A stretch of 64,000 nucleotides of DNA from Planctomycetota bacterium (GCA_046290465.1 JBKAGP010000001.1:3168001-3232000), one strand, 5' to 3'; counted from the stretch's first letter, positions 1 through 10,098 are shown. The notes: a model not told the origin generated them from the sequence alone. Program-made: numbers and translations.

Positions 1-616
1 GGCGCTGTTCGGGCGGCAGATCGCGCGCGCGCAGCGTATCGAGCATGCCGACCGTGTGCCGGACCACGACCTCGCGGCGCGGCGTCGGCAGATCGCGCTG
101 CCAGTCCCAGTCCGTCAGCTGCGCGTGCACGTCGCCGGGCCGGAAGCCGAACACGTCGCGACGCAGCGCCTGCGCGAACGGCAACTCCACCAGCCGGCAG
201 GTCGCGTCCATCAGCGCGCGCTCGACCAGCGCCACGCCGAAGCCGCGCACCAACTGGTCGGGCTGGTCGAACGGATGCGGATCGACGCGCTGCGCCATCA
301 CCCCGCGCCACAGCCCGAACGCGCTGCCGGCCGGCTGCGCCGCGAACGCCTGCGCCGATGCGGTCGCCGACGCGAACAGTTCGTCGGCGTCCTGCTGCGG
401 CGTCGCGTCGGTGTCCTTGCGGAACCAGCGCGGTACCAGGAAGTCGGCCGACCAGCCGTGCGCGCTGGCGCCGCCCGGACCTCGCACGGTGGTGCGGCAC
501 GTCAGCATGTCCGCTTCGCGCAGCGTCACGGCACCGAACCGGAACGGGATCCGGGTCCGGCAGGTGCGCCGCGCGAACGCGACCTCGACGACCTCGACGT
601 TGCTGGCGCCGCTCAC
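1..616 (-). CDS. Enolase-superfamily / mandelate racemase-like protein, 5' part only (runs off the window)
   Basis: Not in the ORF track. GTG at 616-614 overlaps the TGA of the DUF1501 gene. Manual translation: MSGASNVEVVEVAFARRTCRTRIPFRFGAVTL...SADFLVPRWFRKD...FGVALVERALMDA...RHTVGMLD. The R-x-PFRFG and RHTVG motifs recall this family. Confidence 0.6.
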   Translation of the reverse strand, partial: MSGASNVEVVEVAFARRTCRTRIPFRFGAVTLREADMLTCRTTVRGPGGASAHGWSADFLVPRWFRKDTDATPQQDADELFASATASAQAFAAQPAGSAFGLWRGVMAQRVDPHPFDQPDQLVRGFGVALVERALMDATCRLVELPFAQALRRDVFGFRPGDVHAQLTDWDWQRDLPTPRREVVVRHTVGMLDTLRARDLPPEQR

Positions 617-2028
617 GCGAGCAGCCGCCGCACGACCTTGCCGTGCACGTCGGTCAGGCGGTAGTCGCGCCCCTGGAAGCGGTAGGTCAGCCGTTCGTGG
701 TCGATGCCCATCAGGTGCAGGATCGTCGCGTGCACGTCGTGCAGGTGCACCGGGTCCTGCGCGGTGACGAAGCCGAGGTCGTCGGTCGCACCGATCGTCT
801 GGCCGTTCTGGATGCCGCCGCCGGCGAACCACATCGTCCACGCGCGCGGGTTGTGGTCGCGGCCGAGGTGCGTCTGGTTGCGCACCTCGCGCATCGGGGT
901 GCGGCCGAACTCGCCGCCCCAGACGACCAGCGTGTCGTCGAGCATGCCGCGCTGGCGCAGGTCGGTGACCAGCGCCGCCGCCGCCTGGTCGGTCTGGCGG
1001 CACATGTTGGGCAGGCCGTGGATCAGGTCGTCGCTGTCGTTGGAGCCGTGGTGGTCCCAGCCGCGATGGATCACCTGCACGCAGCGCGCGCCGCGTTCGA
1101 GCAGGCGACGTGCCAGCAGGCAGTTGTTGGCGAACGAACGGCGGCCCGGCTGGCTGCCGTAGAGCCGGTGCACGTGCTCCGGCTCGTCCTCGATGCGCGC
1201 CAGCTCCGGCGCGCTGTCCTGCATCCGGTAGGCCAACTGGTAGGCCGAGGTCCGCGCATCGATCTCGGGATCACCGAGCGCGCGGTTGCGTTCGCCGTTG
1301 AGCTGCGAGAGCAGGTCGATGCCGCGCTTGCGCGCCGCGCGGTCCATGCCCTCGGGATCCTGCACGCACGGCACCAGGTCGCCGCGGGTGCGCAGCTCGA
1401 CCCCGCCCATCGTCGACGGCAGGAAGCCGCTGCCCCAGCACGCCGAGCCCGCGCCCGGATCGATCTTGCCGCTGACCAGCACGCAGAAGCCCGGCAGCGA
1501 GTGGGTGTCGGCGCCGAGACCGAACATCAGCCAGCTGCCGAGGCTCGGCCGGCCGACCAGGTGGTGGCCGGTGTTGGCGAACACCTGCGCCGGTCCATGG
1601 TTGAACTGGTCAGCGTGCACCGACTTGACGAACGCCAGTTCGTCGGCGATCGCCGCCGTGTGCGGCAGCAGTTCGCTGATCTCGGCGCGCGAATCGCCGT
1701 AGTGCGAGAACCGGTACGGCGACGCCATCAGGTTGGGCACGCCCTTCAGGAACGCGAACCGCTGGCCCTCGAGCAGGTGCGCCGGCACCGGCTTGCCGTC
1801 GTAGCGGCGCAGCGTCGGCTTGTCGTCGAACAGGTCGAGGTTCGACGGCGCCCCGGCCATGAACAACTGCACGACGCGTCTGGCGCGCGGCGCATGATGC
1901 GGAACATCGTGCGCCATACCGCGCGCCGGGTCGCCGCCGGCACCACCGAGCGACGGCACCAGCCGGGCGCCGAGCGCGGCACCGGCCGCGGCGATCACGT
2001 CACGTCGGGTCGGGTCGAAAGGATTCAT
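613..2028 (-). CDS. DUF1501 domain protein with Tat-like signal
   Basis: C-terminal part of ORF 613..3471. ATG at 2028 overlaps the upstream TGA. N-terminus MNPFDPTRRDVIAAAG. Motifs LFMAGAPSNLDLFD, GWDHH, DTLVVWGGEFGRTP, GRDHNP and GRDYRLTDV are typical of DUF1501. Confidence 0.9.
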   Translation of the reverse strand: MNPFDPTRRDVIAAAGAALGARLVPSLGGAGGDPARGMAHDVPHHAPRARRVVQLFMAGAPSNLDLFDDKPTLRRYDGKPVPAHLLEGQRFAFLKGVPNLMASPYRFSHYGDSRAEISELLPHTAAIADELAFVKSVHADQFNHGPAQVFANTGHHLVGRPSLGSWLMFGLGADTHSLPGFCVLVSGKIDPGAGSACWGSGFLPSTMGGVELRTRGDLVPCVQDPEGMDRAARKRGIDLLSQLNGERNRALGDPEIDARTSAYQLAYRMQDSAPELARIEDEPEHVHRLYGSQPGRRSFANNCLLARRLLERGARCVQVIHRGWDHHGSNDSDDLIHGLPNMCRQTDQAAAALVTDLRQRGMLDDTLVVWGGEFGRTPMREVRNQTHLGRDHNPRAWTMWFAGGGIQNGQTIGATDDLGFVTAQDPVHLHDVHATILHLMGIDHERLTYRFQGRDYRLTDVHGKVVRRLLA

Positions 2029-3902
2029 CCGCGGCACAGGGTCTCGTCGAGGTTGAGCAGCACGATCGCGATGCGCGACCACGCCACGTCGGCGGGTTCT
2101 CGCTGCCACGCAGCCTGCAGCAGTTCCAGTTCGCGCGGCGACGGGCGCCGCGACGTGCACAGCCGAAAGCCGAACGACAGCTTCTCGGCGGTGTCGCCGT
2201 CGCGACCGAGCATGCGTCCGGCCAGCGCCTCGGCGGCGGCGATCGCGGTCGGGTCGTTGAGCCCGACCAGCGCCTGCAGCGGCGTGTTGCTGCGTTCGCG
2301 CCGCACCTGGCACATCTCGCGGGTCGACGCGTCGAACGCGGCGAACTGCACGAACGGCGCCGTACGCCGCCAGAACGTGTAGACACCGCGGCGCCACTTG
2401 TCGTCGCCCTTGCTGGTCGGCCAGCGCATGTTGACCTTGTTCATCGGCACGACGCCGCTGGTGTCGGCCTGCACCGGGTAGACGCTCGGGCCGCCGAGCT
2501 TGCGCGACAGCAGCCCGGCCGCGACCAGCCAGGTGTCGCGCACGCGCTCGGCGTCGAGCCGGTAGCGGGTGCCGCGCGCGTAGTACTGGTTGTCGGGATC
2601 CCTGCGCAGCTGGTCCGCGTCGGCGCGGCTGCTGCGCCGGTAGGCGTCCGACATCACGATCGTCTTGACCAGCCGCTTCTGGCTCCAGTCGAGCCGCACG
2701 AACTCGGTGGCCAGCCAGTCGAGCACGTCGAGGTGCAGCGGCGCCTCGCACTGCACGCCGTAGTCCTCGGGCGTCGACACCAGCGACGAACCGAACAGCT
2801 CCATCCAGATCCGGTTGGCGGCGACCCGCGCGGTCAGCGGGTGGTCCTTCGACACGATCCAGCGCGCCAGCGCCAGCCGGTCGAGCGGCGCGTCGCCGAC
2901 CACGTCGCCGAGGTCCGGCCCGAACGCCGCCGGCACGTGCGCGCGCACCTCGGCGGCGGGGCTGTCGAACGCGCCGCGGATGCGCAGCCGCGTGACCGGC
3001 TCGGCGTCCTTCTTCTCGCGCAGCACCATCGTCTTGGCGCCATCCGCCCGCTTCAGGTCGACCTCGTCCTGGGTCTCGAAGAACGCGACCATGCCGTAGA
3101 ACTCGCGCTGCGACAGCGGGTCGTACTTGTGGTCGTGGCACTGCGCGCAGTGGAACGTGCTGCCGAGCCAGGTGGTGCCGGTCGTGCTGGCGCGGTCGAC
3201 CATGCGCTCCCAGCGGGCTTCGTTCGGATCGGCGCCACCCTCGTTGTTCAGCATCGTGTTGCGGTGGAAGCCGGTCGCAATGCGCGTCGACTCGTCGGCG
3301 TCCGGCAGCAGGTCGCCGGCCAGCTGCTCGATCGTGAAGCGATCGAACGGCATGTCGGCGTTGAGCGCTTCGATCAGCCAGTCGCGATAGGGCCAGATCG
3401 AACGACGGCCGTCGAAGTTGTAGCCGTTGGTGTCGCCGTAGCGCGCCAGGTCCAGCCACGGCACCGCCCACCGTTCGCCGTAGTGCGGCGAGGCGAGCAG
3501 GCGGTCGACCAGCCGTTCGTAGGCGTCAGCCGAACGGTCGGTCACGAAGGCGTCGAGTTCCTCGATCGTCGGCGGCAGACCGATCACGTCGAGGAACACG
3601 CGGCGCGCCAGCACGGCACGCTCGACCTCGCCGGTCGCGACCAGTCCGGCGTCGGACCACCTGGCCGCGAGGAACGCATCGATCGGCGTCGCCACCCCGT
3701 CGACCGCAGGCGGCGCGCGGCGCACGGGCGGCTGGTAGGCCCAGTGCCGGTCGATGCCTTGGCGATCGGCGCCCACATGGCTGGCGTCGCGCTGGCTGGC
3801 GTCGCGCTGGCTGACTCGGTGCTCCGCAGGATCCTGCTGCGGCAGCAACGCGGCGAGGGTGCACGCGACGAACGAGAGCATGCCTGGATGATCGGGGCGC
3901 AC
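2025..3902 (-). CDS. DUF1549/DUF1553 (PSCyt2/PSD1) planctomycete cytochrome-like protein
   Basis: Motifs HWAY, LLASPHYGERWA..WLDLARYGDT, CAQCHDHKYDP, HPLTARV and SNTPLQAL. Adjacent to DUF1501, as usual for this family. The start may be the next ATG (MLSFV). Confidence 0.9.
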   Translation of the reverse strand: MRPDHPGMLSFVACTLAALLPQQDPAEHRVSQRDASQRDASHVGADRQGIDRHWAYQPPVRRAPPAVDGVATPIDAFLAARWSDAGLVATGEVERAVLARRVFLDVIGLPPTIEELDAFVTDRSADAYERLVDRLLASPHYGERWAVPWLDLARYGDTNGYNFDGRRSIWPYRDWLIEALNADMPFDRFTIEQLAGDLLPDADESTRIATGFHRNTMLNNEGGADPNEARWERMVDRASTTGTTWLGSTFHCAQCHDHKYDPLSQREFYGMVAFFETQDEVDLKRADGAKTMVLREKKDAEPVTRLRIRGAFDSPAAEVRAHVPAAFGPDLGDVVGDAPLDRLALARWIVSKDHPLTARVAANRIWMELFGSSLVSTPEDYGVQCEAPLHLDVLDWLATEFVRLDWSQKRLVKTIVMSDAYRRSSRADADQLRRDPDNQYYARGTRYRLDAERVRDTWLVAAGLLSRKLGGPSVYPVQADTSGVVPMNKVNMRWPTSKGDDKWRRGVYTFWRRTAPFVQFAAFDASTREMCQVRRERSNTPLQALVGLNDPTAIAAAEALAGRMLGRDGDTAEKLSFGFRLCTSRRPSPRELELLQAAWQREPADVAWSRIAIVLLNLDETLCRG

Positions 3903-3923
3903 CGGCCACGATCAAGCCCCCAC

Positions 3924-4667
3924 CTACGTCGGGCTCGCCGGATCGCGTTGCCGCGGCCCGTACCAGAACGACAGGCCCTCGCGCCGGCGCACCCCGCGCC
4001 GTCCGAGCATGGCCAGGCGGAGCAGCTCGCGCAGCATCTGCCAGCCGGAGTAGGTGCGCAGCTTGCGCGACGACGTCTCGACGCGATCGCGCAGCACGAC
4101 GAAGCGGGCGCGCTGGCCGCCGATCTGGCCCGCCGCGCGCGAGAAGCGCTTCAGCGCCCGGCTGAACTCGACCTCCTCGGCGGCGTACAGTTCGCGGTCG
4201 AAGCCGCCGACCGCGGCGAACGCTTCGCGGGTCGCGAACACGAAGCAGCCGGCGGCCAGCTTCATCGTGAAGTAGGCGGTCGTCATCATCGGCGTCGCGA
4301 TGCGCGCCCAGCGCGGCATCGGCTCGTCGAACCGCACCAGCGCGCCGCCGCCGACGGCGCCGCTGGCGATCGCATCGCACAGCCCGTCGACGACGGCGCG
4401 GCTCACCCGCGTGTCGGCGTCGACGAATACGAACACGTCGCCGCGCGCCGCCTGCGCGCCTGCGTTGCGGGTCGCTGCGATCTGCCGGTGCGCGACCTCG
4501 ACCACCCGCGCCCCGTGCGCCCGCGCCAGCTCCGCCGTGCGGTCGGTGCACGCGTCGGCGACCACGACGACCTCGTAGTCGCGCCCCGCCGCGGCCTCGT
4601 GCACGGACTGCACGGTGGCGACGATGGTCGTCTCTTCGTCATGCGCAGGAACGAGGAAGGAAAGCAC
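3924..4667 (-). CDS. Glycosyltransferase family 2
   Basis: LSFLVPAHDEE, VVVADACTD, RNAGA, FVFVDAD (DxD) and GGFD motifs. GTG start chosen at 4667. Confidence 0.85.
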   Translation of the reverse strand: MLSFLVPAHDEETTIVATVQSVHEAAAGRDYEVVVVADACTDRTAELARAHGARVVEVAHRQIAATRNAGAQAARGDVFVFVDADTRVSRAVVDGLCDAIASGAVGGGALVRFDEPMPRWARIATPMMTTAYFTMKLAAGCFVFATREAFAAVGGFDRELYAAEEVEFSRALKRFSRAAGQIGGQRARFVVLRDRVETSSRKLRTYSGWQMLRELLRLAMLGRRGVRRREGLSFWYGPRQRDPASPT

Positions 4668-4720
4668 GGCTGGGAAACCTGCCGCGATGGTAGCGCGGCG
4701 GCGGCGGATACGCTGGACGC

Positions 4721-5578
4721 ATGCGAGAGCCGTGGACTTCCCGCGCGTTCGCGTTCGACTTCCCCGTCGAGCGCATCTCCGTGTTCGTGTCGCGACTGCG
4801 CGGGACCGCCCCACGCCTGCGCGAGGCGACCCGCAGCCTGACCGCCGCGGCGCTGACGCAGCGCGACGGCGACCGCTGGTCGATCCAGGAGCACGTCGGC
4901 CACCTGTTCGAGCTCGACGGGCTGTGGCTGCGGCGGATCGACGAGCTGGCGCGCGGCGAACCGCAGCTCAGCGCCGCCGACATGAGCAACCAGGCGACCT
5001 GGGACGCCGGCTACAACGGCCGCACCTTCGACGACGTGTTCGAGGCGTTCTCGCTGCGACGCGGCGAACTGCTGGCGAAGCTGACGGCGCTCGATGCCGA
5101 CGGCCTCGGTCGCGTCGGCCTGCATCCGCGCCTGCAGACCCCGATGCGCGCGGTCGACGTCGCGTTCTTCGCGGCCGAGCACGACGACAACCACCTGGCG
5201 CTGGTCGAGGAGCTCGCACCGCGCGTTCGCACCGAGCCCGCCGCCGCCGTCTCGGCACGGTGGCAGGAGCTGCCGCACGACGCACCGATCGAACGGCTCG
5301 AGCGCCACCGCGTCGTCGGCCGCGAAGCGATGATCTCGCACATCACGCTGCACGAGGGCTGCGACGTGCCGGTGCACGCCCACGCCAACGAGCAGTTCGC
5401 GTGCGTGCTGTCGGGCAAGGTGGCGTTCACGCTCGCCGACGGCGAACAGCGCGTGCTCGGCGCCGGCGAGGTCCTGCACCTGCCGAGCTTCGCGCCGCAC
5501 GGCGCGCGCGCGATCGAAACGGCGGTCGTGCTCGACGTGTTCTCACCGCCGAGCGAGTCGACCGGCATCGATCGATAG
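4721..5578 (+). CDS. DinB-family domain fused to a C-terminal cupin domain
   Basis: N-terminal WSIQEHVGHL...AEHDDNHL (DinB His triad). C-terminal PVHAHANEQ..VLSG...LHLPSFAPHG..DVFSPP (cupin). Confidence 0.8.
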   Translation: MREPWTSRAFAFDFPVERISVFVSRLRGTAPRLREATRSLTAAALTQRDGDRWSIQEHVGHLFELDGLWLRRIDELARGEPQLSAADMSNQATWDAGYNGRTFDDVFEAFSLRRGELLAKLTALDADGLGRVGLHPRLQTPMRAVDVAFFAAEHDDNHLALVEELAPRVRTEPAAAVSARWQELPHDAPIERLERHRVVGREAMISHITLHEGCDVPVHAHANEQFACVLSGKVAFTLADGEQRVLGAGEVLHLPSFAPHGARAIETAVVLDVFSPPSESTGIDR

Positions 5579-5631
5579 CTTTCGTGCGGCCGGTCGTTGC
5601 CCGGCACCACCAACCCCGAGAACCTGTGCGC

Positions 5632-6165
5632 GTGCCGTTCACCTACGAATACCCCCGTCCCGCGGTCACCGTCGACACGGTGCTCGCGACCGTCGGCGAA
5701 CGCGGCGACCTGCGCGTGCTGCTGATCCAGCGCGGCAACGACCCGTTCGCGGGCCGCTGGGCCCTGCCCGGCGGCTTCGTCGACCAGCACGAGGACCTGC
5801 TGGTCGCCGCCCGCCGCGAGATGCTCGAGGAGACCCGACTGAAGCTCGGGGCGATGGTCCAGCTCGGCGCCTACGGCACGCCCCACCGCGACCCGCGCGG
5901 CCACACCGTCGGCGTCGCGTTCCTCGCGATCTGCGGGCCGGACGAGCTCGAACCGCAGGCCGGCGACGACGCCGCCGACTGCCGCTGGTTCTCGGCGCGG
6001 CGGCCGCCGAAGCTCGCGTTCGACCACGGCGAGATCCTGCGCGACGCGCGCACGACGTTCGCACGGCTGGCGGCGAGCAAGCAGGAGTTCACCCGCACGT
6101 TCGCCGGCAGACGGCGGCCGACCTGGATCGAGAAGGTGCGTCGCGCCGCGCGAGGGACCGCATGA
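5632..6165 (+). CDS. NUDIX hydrolase (ADP-ribose pyrophosphatase-like)
   Basis: YPRPAVTVD, WALPGGFVDQHEDLLVAARREMLEET (Nudix box), RDPRG, AGDDA and LAFDH motifs. C-terminal part of ORF 4615..6165. Confidence 0.9.
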   Translation: MPFTYEYPRPAVTVDTVLATVGERGDLRVLLIQRGNDPFAGRWALPGGFVDQHEDLLVAARREMLEETRLKLGAMVQLGAYGTPHRDPRGHTVGVAFLAICGPDELEPQAGDDAADCRWFSARRPPKLAFDHGEILRDARTTFARLAASKQEFTRTFAGRRRPTWIEKVRRAARGTA

Positions 6166-7211
6166 GCGCCGCCTCCGACAACGAACGCACCGACTTCGCC
6201 GCGGCGATGCACGAGGTCGAGAACAACCTCGAGGTGCGCCGGCTGATGCTGGTGCTGGCCAACGTGCTGACGCCCGCGTGCGTGATGGCGGTGACCGACG
6301 CGATGTCGGGCGCCGACCCGACGCCGTCGCTGGCGTGGCTGCCGCCGCTGGCGATGCCGATCTGCGGCAGCCTGCTGCTGGCGACCGGGTTCCTGGTCAC
6401 GGGCGTCGTCTCGCGCTGCCACTTCGGCCTGGTGCTGAACGGCGTCAAGATGAACAAGGTCGAGACCGGCCGGCTCGAACTGCGGCCGCTCAACTGGCTC
6501 GGCGTCACCACCAACTTCCTGCTGCTCAACGCGCTGTCGGCGGCGCTCGGCGCGCTGATGCTGATGACGAGCTTCGGCCTCGAGAGCTGGGCGTGGGCCG
6601 GAGCCGGCGCGACGTTCTCGACCGTGATGGGATGGCTGCCGGTCAGCCACCTGCGCGCCAATCGCCGCTGCCGCGAGCTCGACCAGCACTGGGAGCACGC
6701 CGAGATCCCGACCGAACTGCGCATCGAACACCGCCGCAAGTCGCTCGACGCGACGACCGCCGACATCTCGGTGGTCGTGGTGATGGCGGTGGCGCTGTTC
6801 GCCGGCGTGTTCAACGCCTTGACCAACCTCGGCGCGATCCCGGACAGCCTGTTGGTGACGCCGCCGCCCGCGACGCTGAAGGGCTTCGGGCCGGCGGTGC
6901 TGACCACGTTCGTGCTGGTCTCGCTGCTACTGTCGTGCCGGATCCTGGTCCGCCTGCGGCTGGCCTTCGGCGAACACAGCCGCAAGCTCGCCGGGCTGCG
7001 CGGTGAGACCGACCGGACCGCGATGGTCTGGCGACCGCAGGAACGTTCGTATCTGCTCTACGCGATCGTGTTGGCGCTCGCGGTCGCCGCCGCCGTGATG
7101 CTCGGCTGGGAACGCGTCGGTCGCACCGTCGGCCTGATCGCAGGCGGCGCCCTGCTGCTCGCCGGCGCGATCTGGTATCCCATCGTCCTGCGCCTGGCCC
7201 GGCGGCCGTAG
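6162..7211 (+). CDS. Polytopic membrane protein, unknown function
   Basis: 349 aa ORF with about 8 hydrophobic segments. ATGA overlap with the NUDIX gene. Confidence 0.7.
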   Translation: MSAASDNERTDFAAAMHEVENNLEVRRLMLVLANVLTPACVMAVTDAMSGADPTPSLAWLPPLAMPICGSLLLATGFLVTGVVSRCHFGLVLNGVKMNKVETGRLELRPLNWLGVTTNFLLLNALSAALGALMLMTSFGLESWAWAGAGATFSTVMGWLPVSHLRANRRCRELDQHWEHAEIPTELRIEHRRKSLDATTADISVVVVMAVALFAGVFNALTNLGAIPDSLLVTPPPATLKGFGPAVLTTFVLVSLLLSCRILVRLRLAFGEHSRKLAGLRGETDRTAMVWRPQERSYLLYAIVLALAVAAAVMLGWERVGRTVGLIAGGALLLAGAIWYPIVLRLARRP

Positions 7212-7250
7212 CGCATCCACCCTGTCCGAACCGACGAACCGACCGCGACC

Positions 7251-7886
7251 ATGAAGACCCCCACGATCCTGCTGTTCTCCTCCCTGCTGGCCTTCGCCGC
7301 GTGCACCTCCGAGCCTGCGAAGGCCAACGTCGACGAGGCCGGCGGCCAGGCGGCTGCGCCGCAAGGTGGTCAGGCCCAAGGTGAGGAAACGCAGGGCGGC
7401 GAGACCGCAGCCGGCGGCATCTACGCGCTCGAGGCGACCACGCTCGACGGCAAGAAGGTGTCGATGGCCGACTACGAGGGCAAGGTCACGCTGATCGTGA
7501 ACGTCGCCAGCGAGTGCGGCTACACGCCGCAGTATGCCGGCCTGCAGAAGCTGCACAGTGAGATGGCCGACAAGGGCTTCGCCGTGCTCGGCTTCCCGAG
7601 CAACGAGTTCGGCGGCCAGGAGCCTGGCACGGCCGAGCAGATCCGCGAGTTCTGCACCAGCAAGTACAGCGTCGCGTTCCCGATGTTCGCCAAGGTCGAG
7701 ACCAAGTCGGGCGACGGCCAGAGCCCGATCTACGCGGCGCTGCAGAAGGCGACCGGCAAGCAGCCGAAGTGGAACTTCTGCAAGTATCTGGTCGGCAAGG
7801 ACGGCACGCCGATCGCGTTCTACGCGTCGGGCGTCAAGCCGGAGTCCGACGAGCTGAAGAAGGCGATCGCGGCGGCGCTGGACTAG
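7251..7886 (+). CDS. Glutathione peroxidase family lipoprotein (Cys-type)
   Basis: Lipobox LAFAAC. Motifs IVNVASECGYTPQY, LGFPSNEFGGQEPG and KWNFCKYLV. Confidence 0.93.
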   Translation: MKTPTILLFSSLLAFAACTSEPAKANVDEAGGQAAAPQGGQAQGEETQGGETAAGGIYALEATTLDGKKVSMADYEGKVTLIVNVASECGYTPQYAGLQKLHSEMADKGFAVLGFPSNEFGGQEPGTAEQIREFCTSKYSVAFPMFAKVETKSGDGQSPIYAALQKATGKQPKWNFCKYLVGKDGTPIAFYASGVKPESDELKKAIAAALD

Positions 7887-7911
7887 GTTCGCCGCGGGCG
7901 GCGCGCCGGCA

Positions 7912-8106
7912 TCAGGCGCGCACGTCGACGAGCCCGCCCTTGCCGGGCTCGCGCACAGCAGGCGCCACCCCGCTGCTCTGGATCAGCGAGACCGCGGCCT
8001 CGCCCTCGGCCTTCTGCTGGTTCTGGAGCTTCTTCAGCATGCCGACGTCCATGTCGTGCCGCATCTGCTGCGCCTTCTGCGCGGTCGCGAGCTCGCTGAG
8101 TTCCAT
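7912..8106 (-). CDS. Small YjfB-like protein
   Basis: MELSELATAQKAQQMRHDMDVGMLKKLQNQQKAEGEAAVSLIQS...GKGGLVDVRA fits the YjfB pattern (xLKK, C-terminal G..VD..A). Confidence 0.7.
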   Translation of the reverse strand: MELSELATAQKAQQMRHDMDVGMLKKLQNQQKAEGEAAVSLIQSSGVAPAVREPGKGGLVDVRA

Positions 8107-8171
8107 GCGCGTCGCATCGTCGCCGACCGTGACGCGGCTGAACGGAGCGATCGCAGGCGCGTTGGCACCGG

Positions 8172-8227
8172 TCGCTTGACGCCGATCGCTTGACGCCGAT
8201 CGCTTGACGCCGGGCGCTTGGCGGCGG
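8172..8227. repeat. 14-bp tandem repeat (TCGCTTGACGCCGA) x3 plus one degenerate copy
   Basis: Directly visible in the intergenic region between two divergent genes. Confidence 0.85.
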
Positions 8228-8252
8228 CGCGCCGCGATGGTCTGATCGCGCC

Positions 8253-9143
8253 GTGCCGACCCACACCACGCGCGTTCCGGTTCCCGAGCCGTTCGACTGG
8301 CGGCTCTGCCTGCAGGGCCACGGCTGGATCGCGCTCGCGCCGCATCGCTACGACGAGGCAACCGGCCGCTGGCACACGGTGCTGCGGCTCGGTGCCGCGA
8401 GCGTCGACTGCGTCGTGCGTCCAGGACGCGACGGCACGCTGCGACTGGGCCTGACGGCGCGGCGGCCGCTGTCGCCGGCCCAACTCGCCAGCGCGCGCGC
8501 GCAGGTGCGCCACATGATGCGCCTCGACGACGACCTGACGCCGTTCCATCGACAGTGCCGCAGCGAGCCGAAGCGCCGCTGGATCAGCAGGCGCGGCGGC
8601 GGCCGCCTGCTGCGTTCGCCGACGGCGTTCGAGGACCTGATGAAGCTGCTGTTCACGACCAACGTGACGTGGTCGGCGACCGAGGCGATGACCGGCAACC
8701 TGGTGGCGGCGATCGGCACCCGGGCACCGAGCGGCGCGCGTGCGTTCCCGACGGCGAAGCAGTGCCTGCGCGACGAGACGTTCTATCGGGACGTGGTCCG
8801 CTGCGGCTACCGGGCCCAGGCGGCGCTCGAACTGGCCGAGGCGTTCGTCACCGGGCGACTCGACGACGCGATGTTCTTCGCCGAGCCGTCGGCGGACGTG
8901 CTGTGGGATCGCATCTGCGCCCTGCGCGGGTTCGGCCCGTATGCCGCGGGCCAGATGATGCGGCTCTGCGGCCACTACCAGCGGCTCGCGATCGACAGCT
9001 GGTGCCGCGCGCGCCTCGCCGCCCTCGACGGCACCAGGAGCCCGCCGACCGACCGCGCCATCGAGCGCCGCTACGCCCCGCTCGCGCCGTTCCAGGGCCT
9101 CGCGATGTGGTGCGACCTGACCGCCGACTGGCACGGAGAGTAG
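8253..9143 (+). CDS. HhH-GPD DNA glycosylase (AlkA/Ogg-like)
   Basis: GRLLRSPTAFEDL, FPT, GYRA, LRGFGPYAA (HhH) and IDSW motifs. Confidence 0.85.
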   Translation: MPTHTTRVPVPEPFDWRLCLQGHGWIALAPHRYDEATGRWHTVLRLGAASVDCVVRPGRDGTLRLGLTARRPLSPAQLASARAQVRHMMRLDDDLTPFHRQCRSEPKRRWISRRGGGRLLRSPTAFEDLMKLLFTTNVTWSATEAMTGNLVAAIGTRAPSGARAFPTAKQCLRDETFYRDVVRCGYRAQAALELAEAFVTGRLDDAMFFAEPSADVLWDRICALRGFGPYAAGQMMRLCGHYQRLAIDSWCRARLAALDGTRSPPTDRAIERRYAPLAPFQGLAMWCDLTADWHGE

Positions 9144-9168
9144 CCGAACGGTCACGCGGTTCAGCAAG

Positions 9169-9960
9169 TCAGATGGTGAGTTGGCCGCGGAAGACGGTGA
9201 CGGCGCGGCCGCGGAGCAGGACGCGGTCGTCGGCGAGTTCGACCTCGAGTTCGCCGCCGCGGGGTGAGGCCTGGTAGGCCTTCATGCGGGTCTTGCCGAG
9301 CTTGTCGGACCAGTACGGCGCGAGCGCGCAGTGGGCCGAGCCGGTGACCGGATCCTCGGGCACGCCGACCGCCGGGCCGAAGAAGCGGCTGACGAAGTCG
9401 TAGCGGGCGTCGGCGCGGGCGGTCACGATCACGCCGCGCACCTTGACCTTGGCGAGCGCGACCAGGTCCGGCTCGAGCTTGCGCAACGCGGCCTCGCTGC
9501 GCACCTCGACGACGACGTCGTCGGCGACCTTGACCATCGCGAGCGGCTTGACGCCGAGCGCCTTGGCGATCGCCGCGGCCGGCTTGCCGCGCAGCGCCGG
9601 CCGCGCCGGGAAGTCGAGTTCGATGCGGTCGCCGCAGAGGCCCGCGGTCAACACGCCGCTGCGGGTCTGGAAGCGCAGCCCGGCCTGCGCCGGCGCGATG
9701 CCCTCGCTCCACAGCACGTGCGCGGTCGCCAGCGTGGCGTGGCCGCACAGGTCGACCTCGCACGCCGGCGTGAACCAGCGCAGCCGGAAGCCGGTCTTCA
9801 GCGGCGCGACGAACGCGGTCTCCGACAGGTTCATCTCGCGCGCGACGTCCTGCATCCACTTCGCCGAACGGCCCTTGTCGAGCAGGCAGACCGCGGCGGG
9901 GTTGCCGCGGAACGCACGGCTGGTGAACGCATCGACCTGGAAGCACGGAGTCGTCGGCAT
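9169..9960 (-). CDS. PhzF-family isomerase
   Basis: QVDAFT..GNPAAV, NLSETAF, LRWFTP..EVDLCGHATLA and EDPVTGSAH motifs. Confidence 0.93.
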   Translation of the reverse strand: MPTTPCFQVDAFTSRAFRGNPAAVCLLDKGRSAKWMQDVAREMNLSETAFVAPLKTGFRLRWFTPACEVDLCGHATLATAHVLWSEGIAPAQAGLRFQTRSGVLTAGLCGDRIELDFPARPALRGKPAAAIAKALGVKPLAMVKVADDVVVEVRSEAALRKLEPDLVALAKVKVRGVIVTARADARYDFVSRFFGPAVGVPEDPVTGSAHCALAPYWSDKLGKTRMKAYQASPRGGELEVELADDRVLLRGRAVTVFRGQLTI

Positions 9961-10098
9961 GCGGCGTTTCTATCACGCGGCCGCCGATGGCCGGTGCGGG
10001 GAGTCGGGAGTTCGCAGCAGAAGTCGGCGCGACGATCGGCGCCGGCGGACATCGACTTTCCGTGCGATCTGCCGACCCCGCCCACTAGCATCCGCCCC

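Noticed and set aside
7515..7517. Glutathione peroxidase as a selenoprotein
   Set aside because: The active-site codon is TGC (Cys) in NVASECG.
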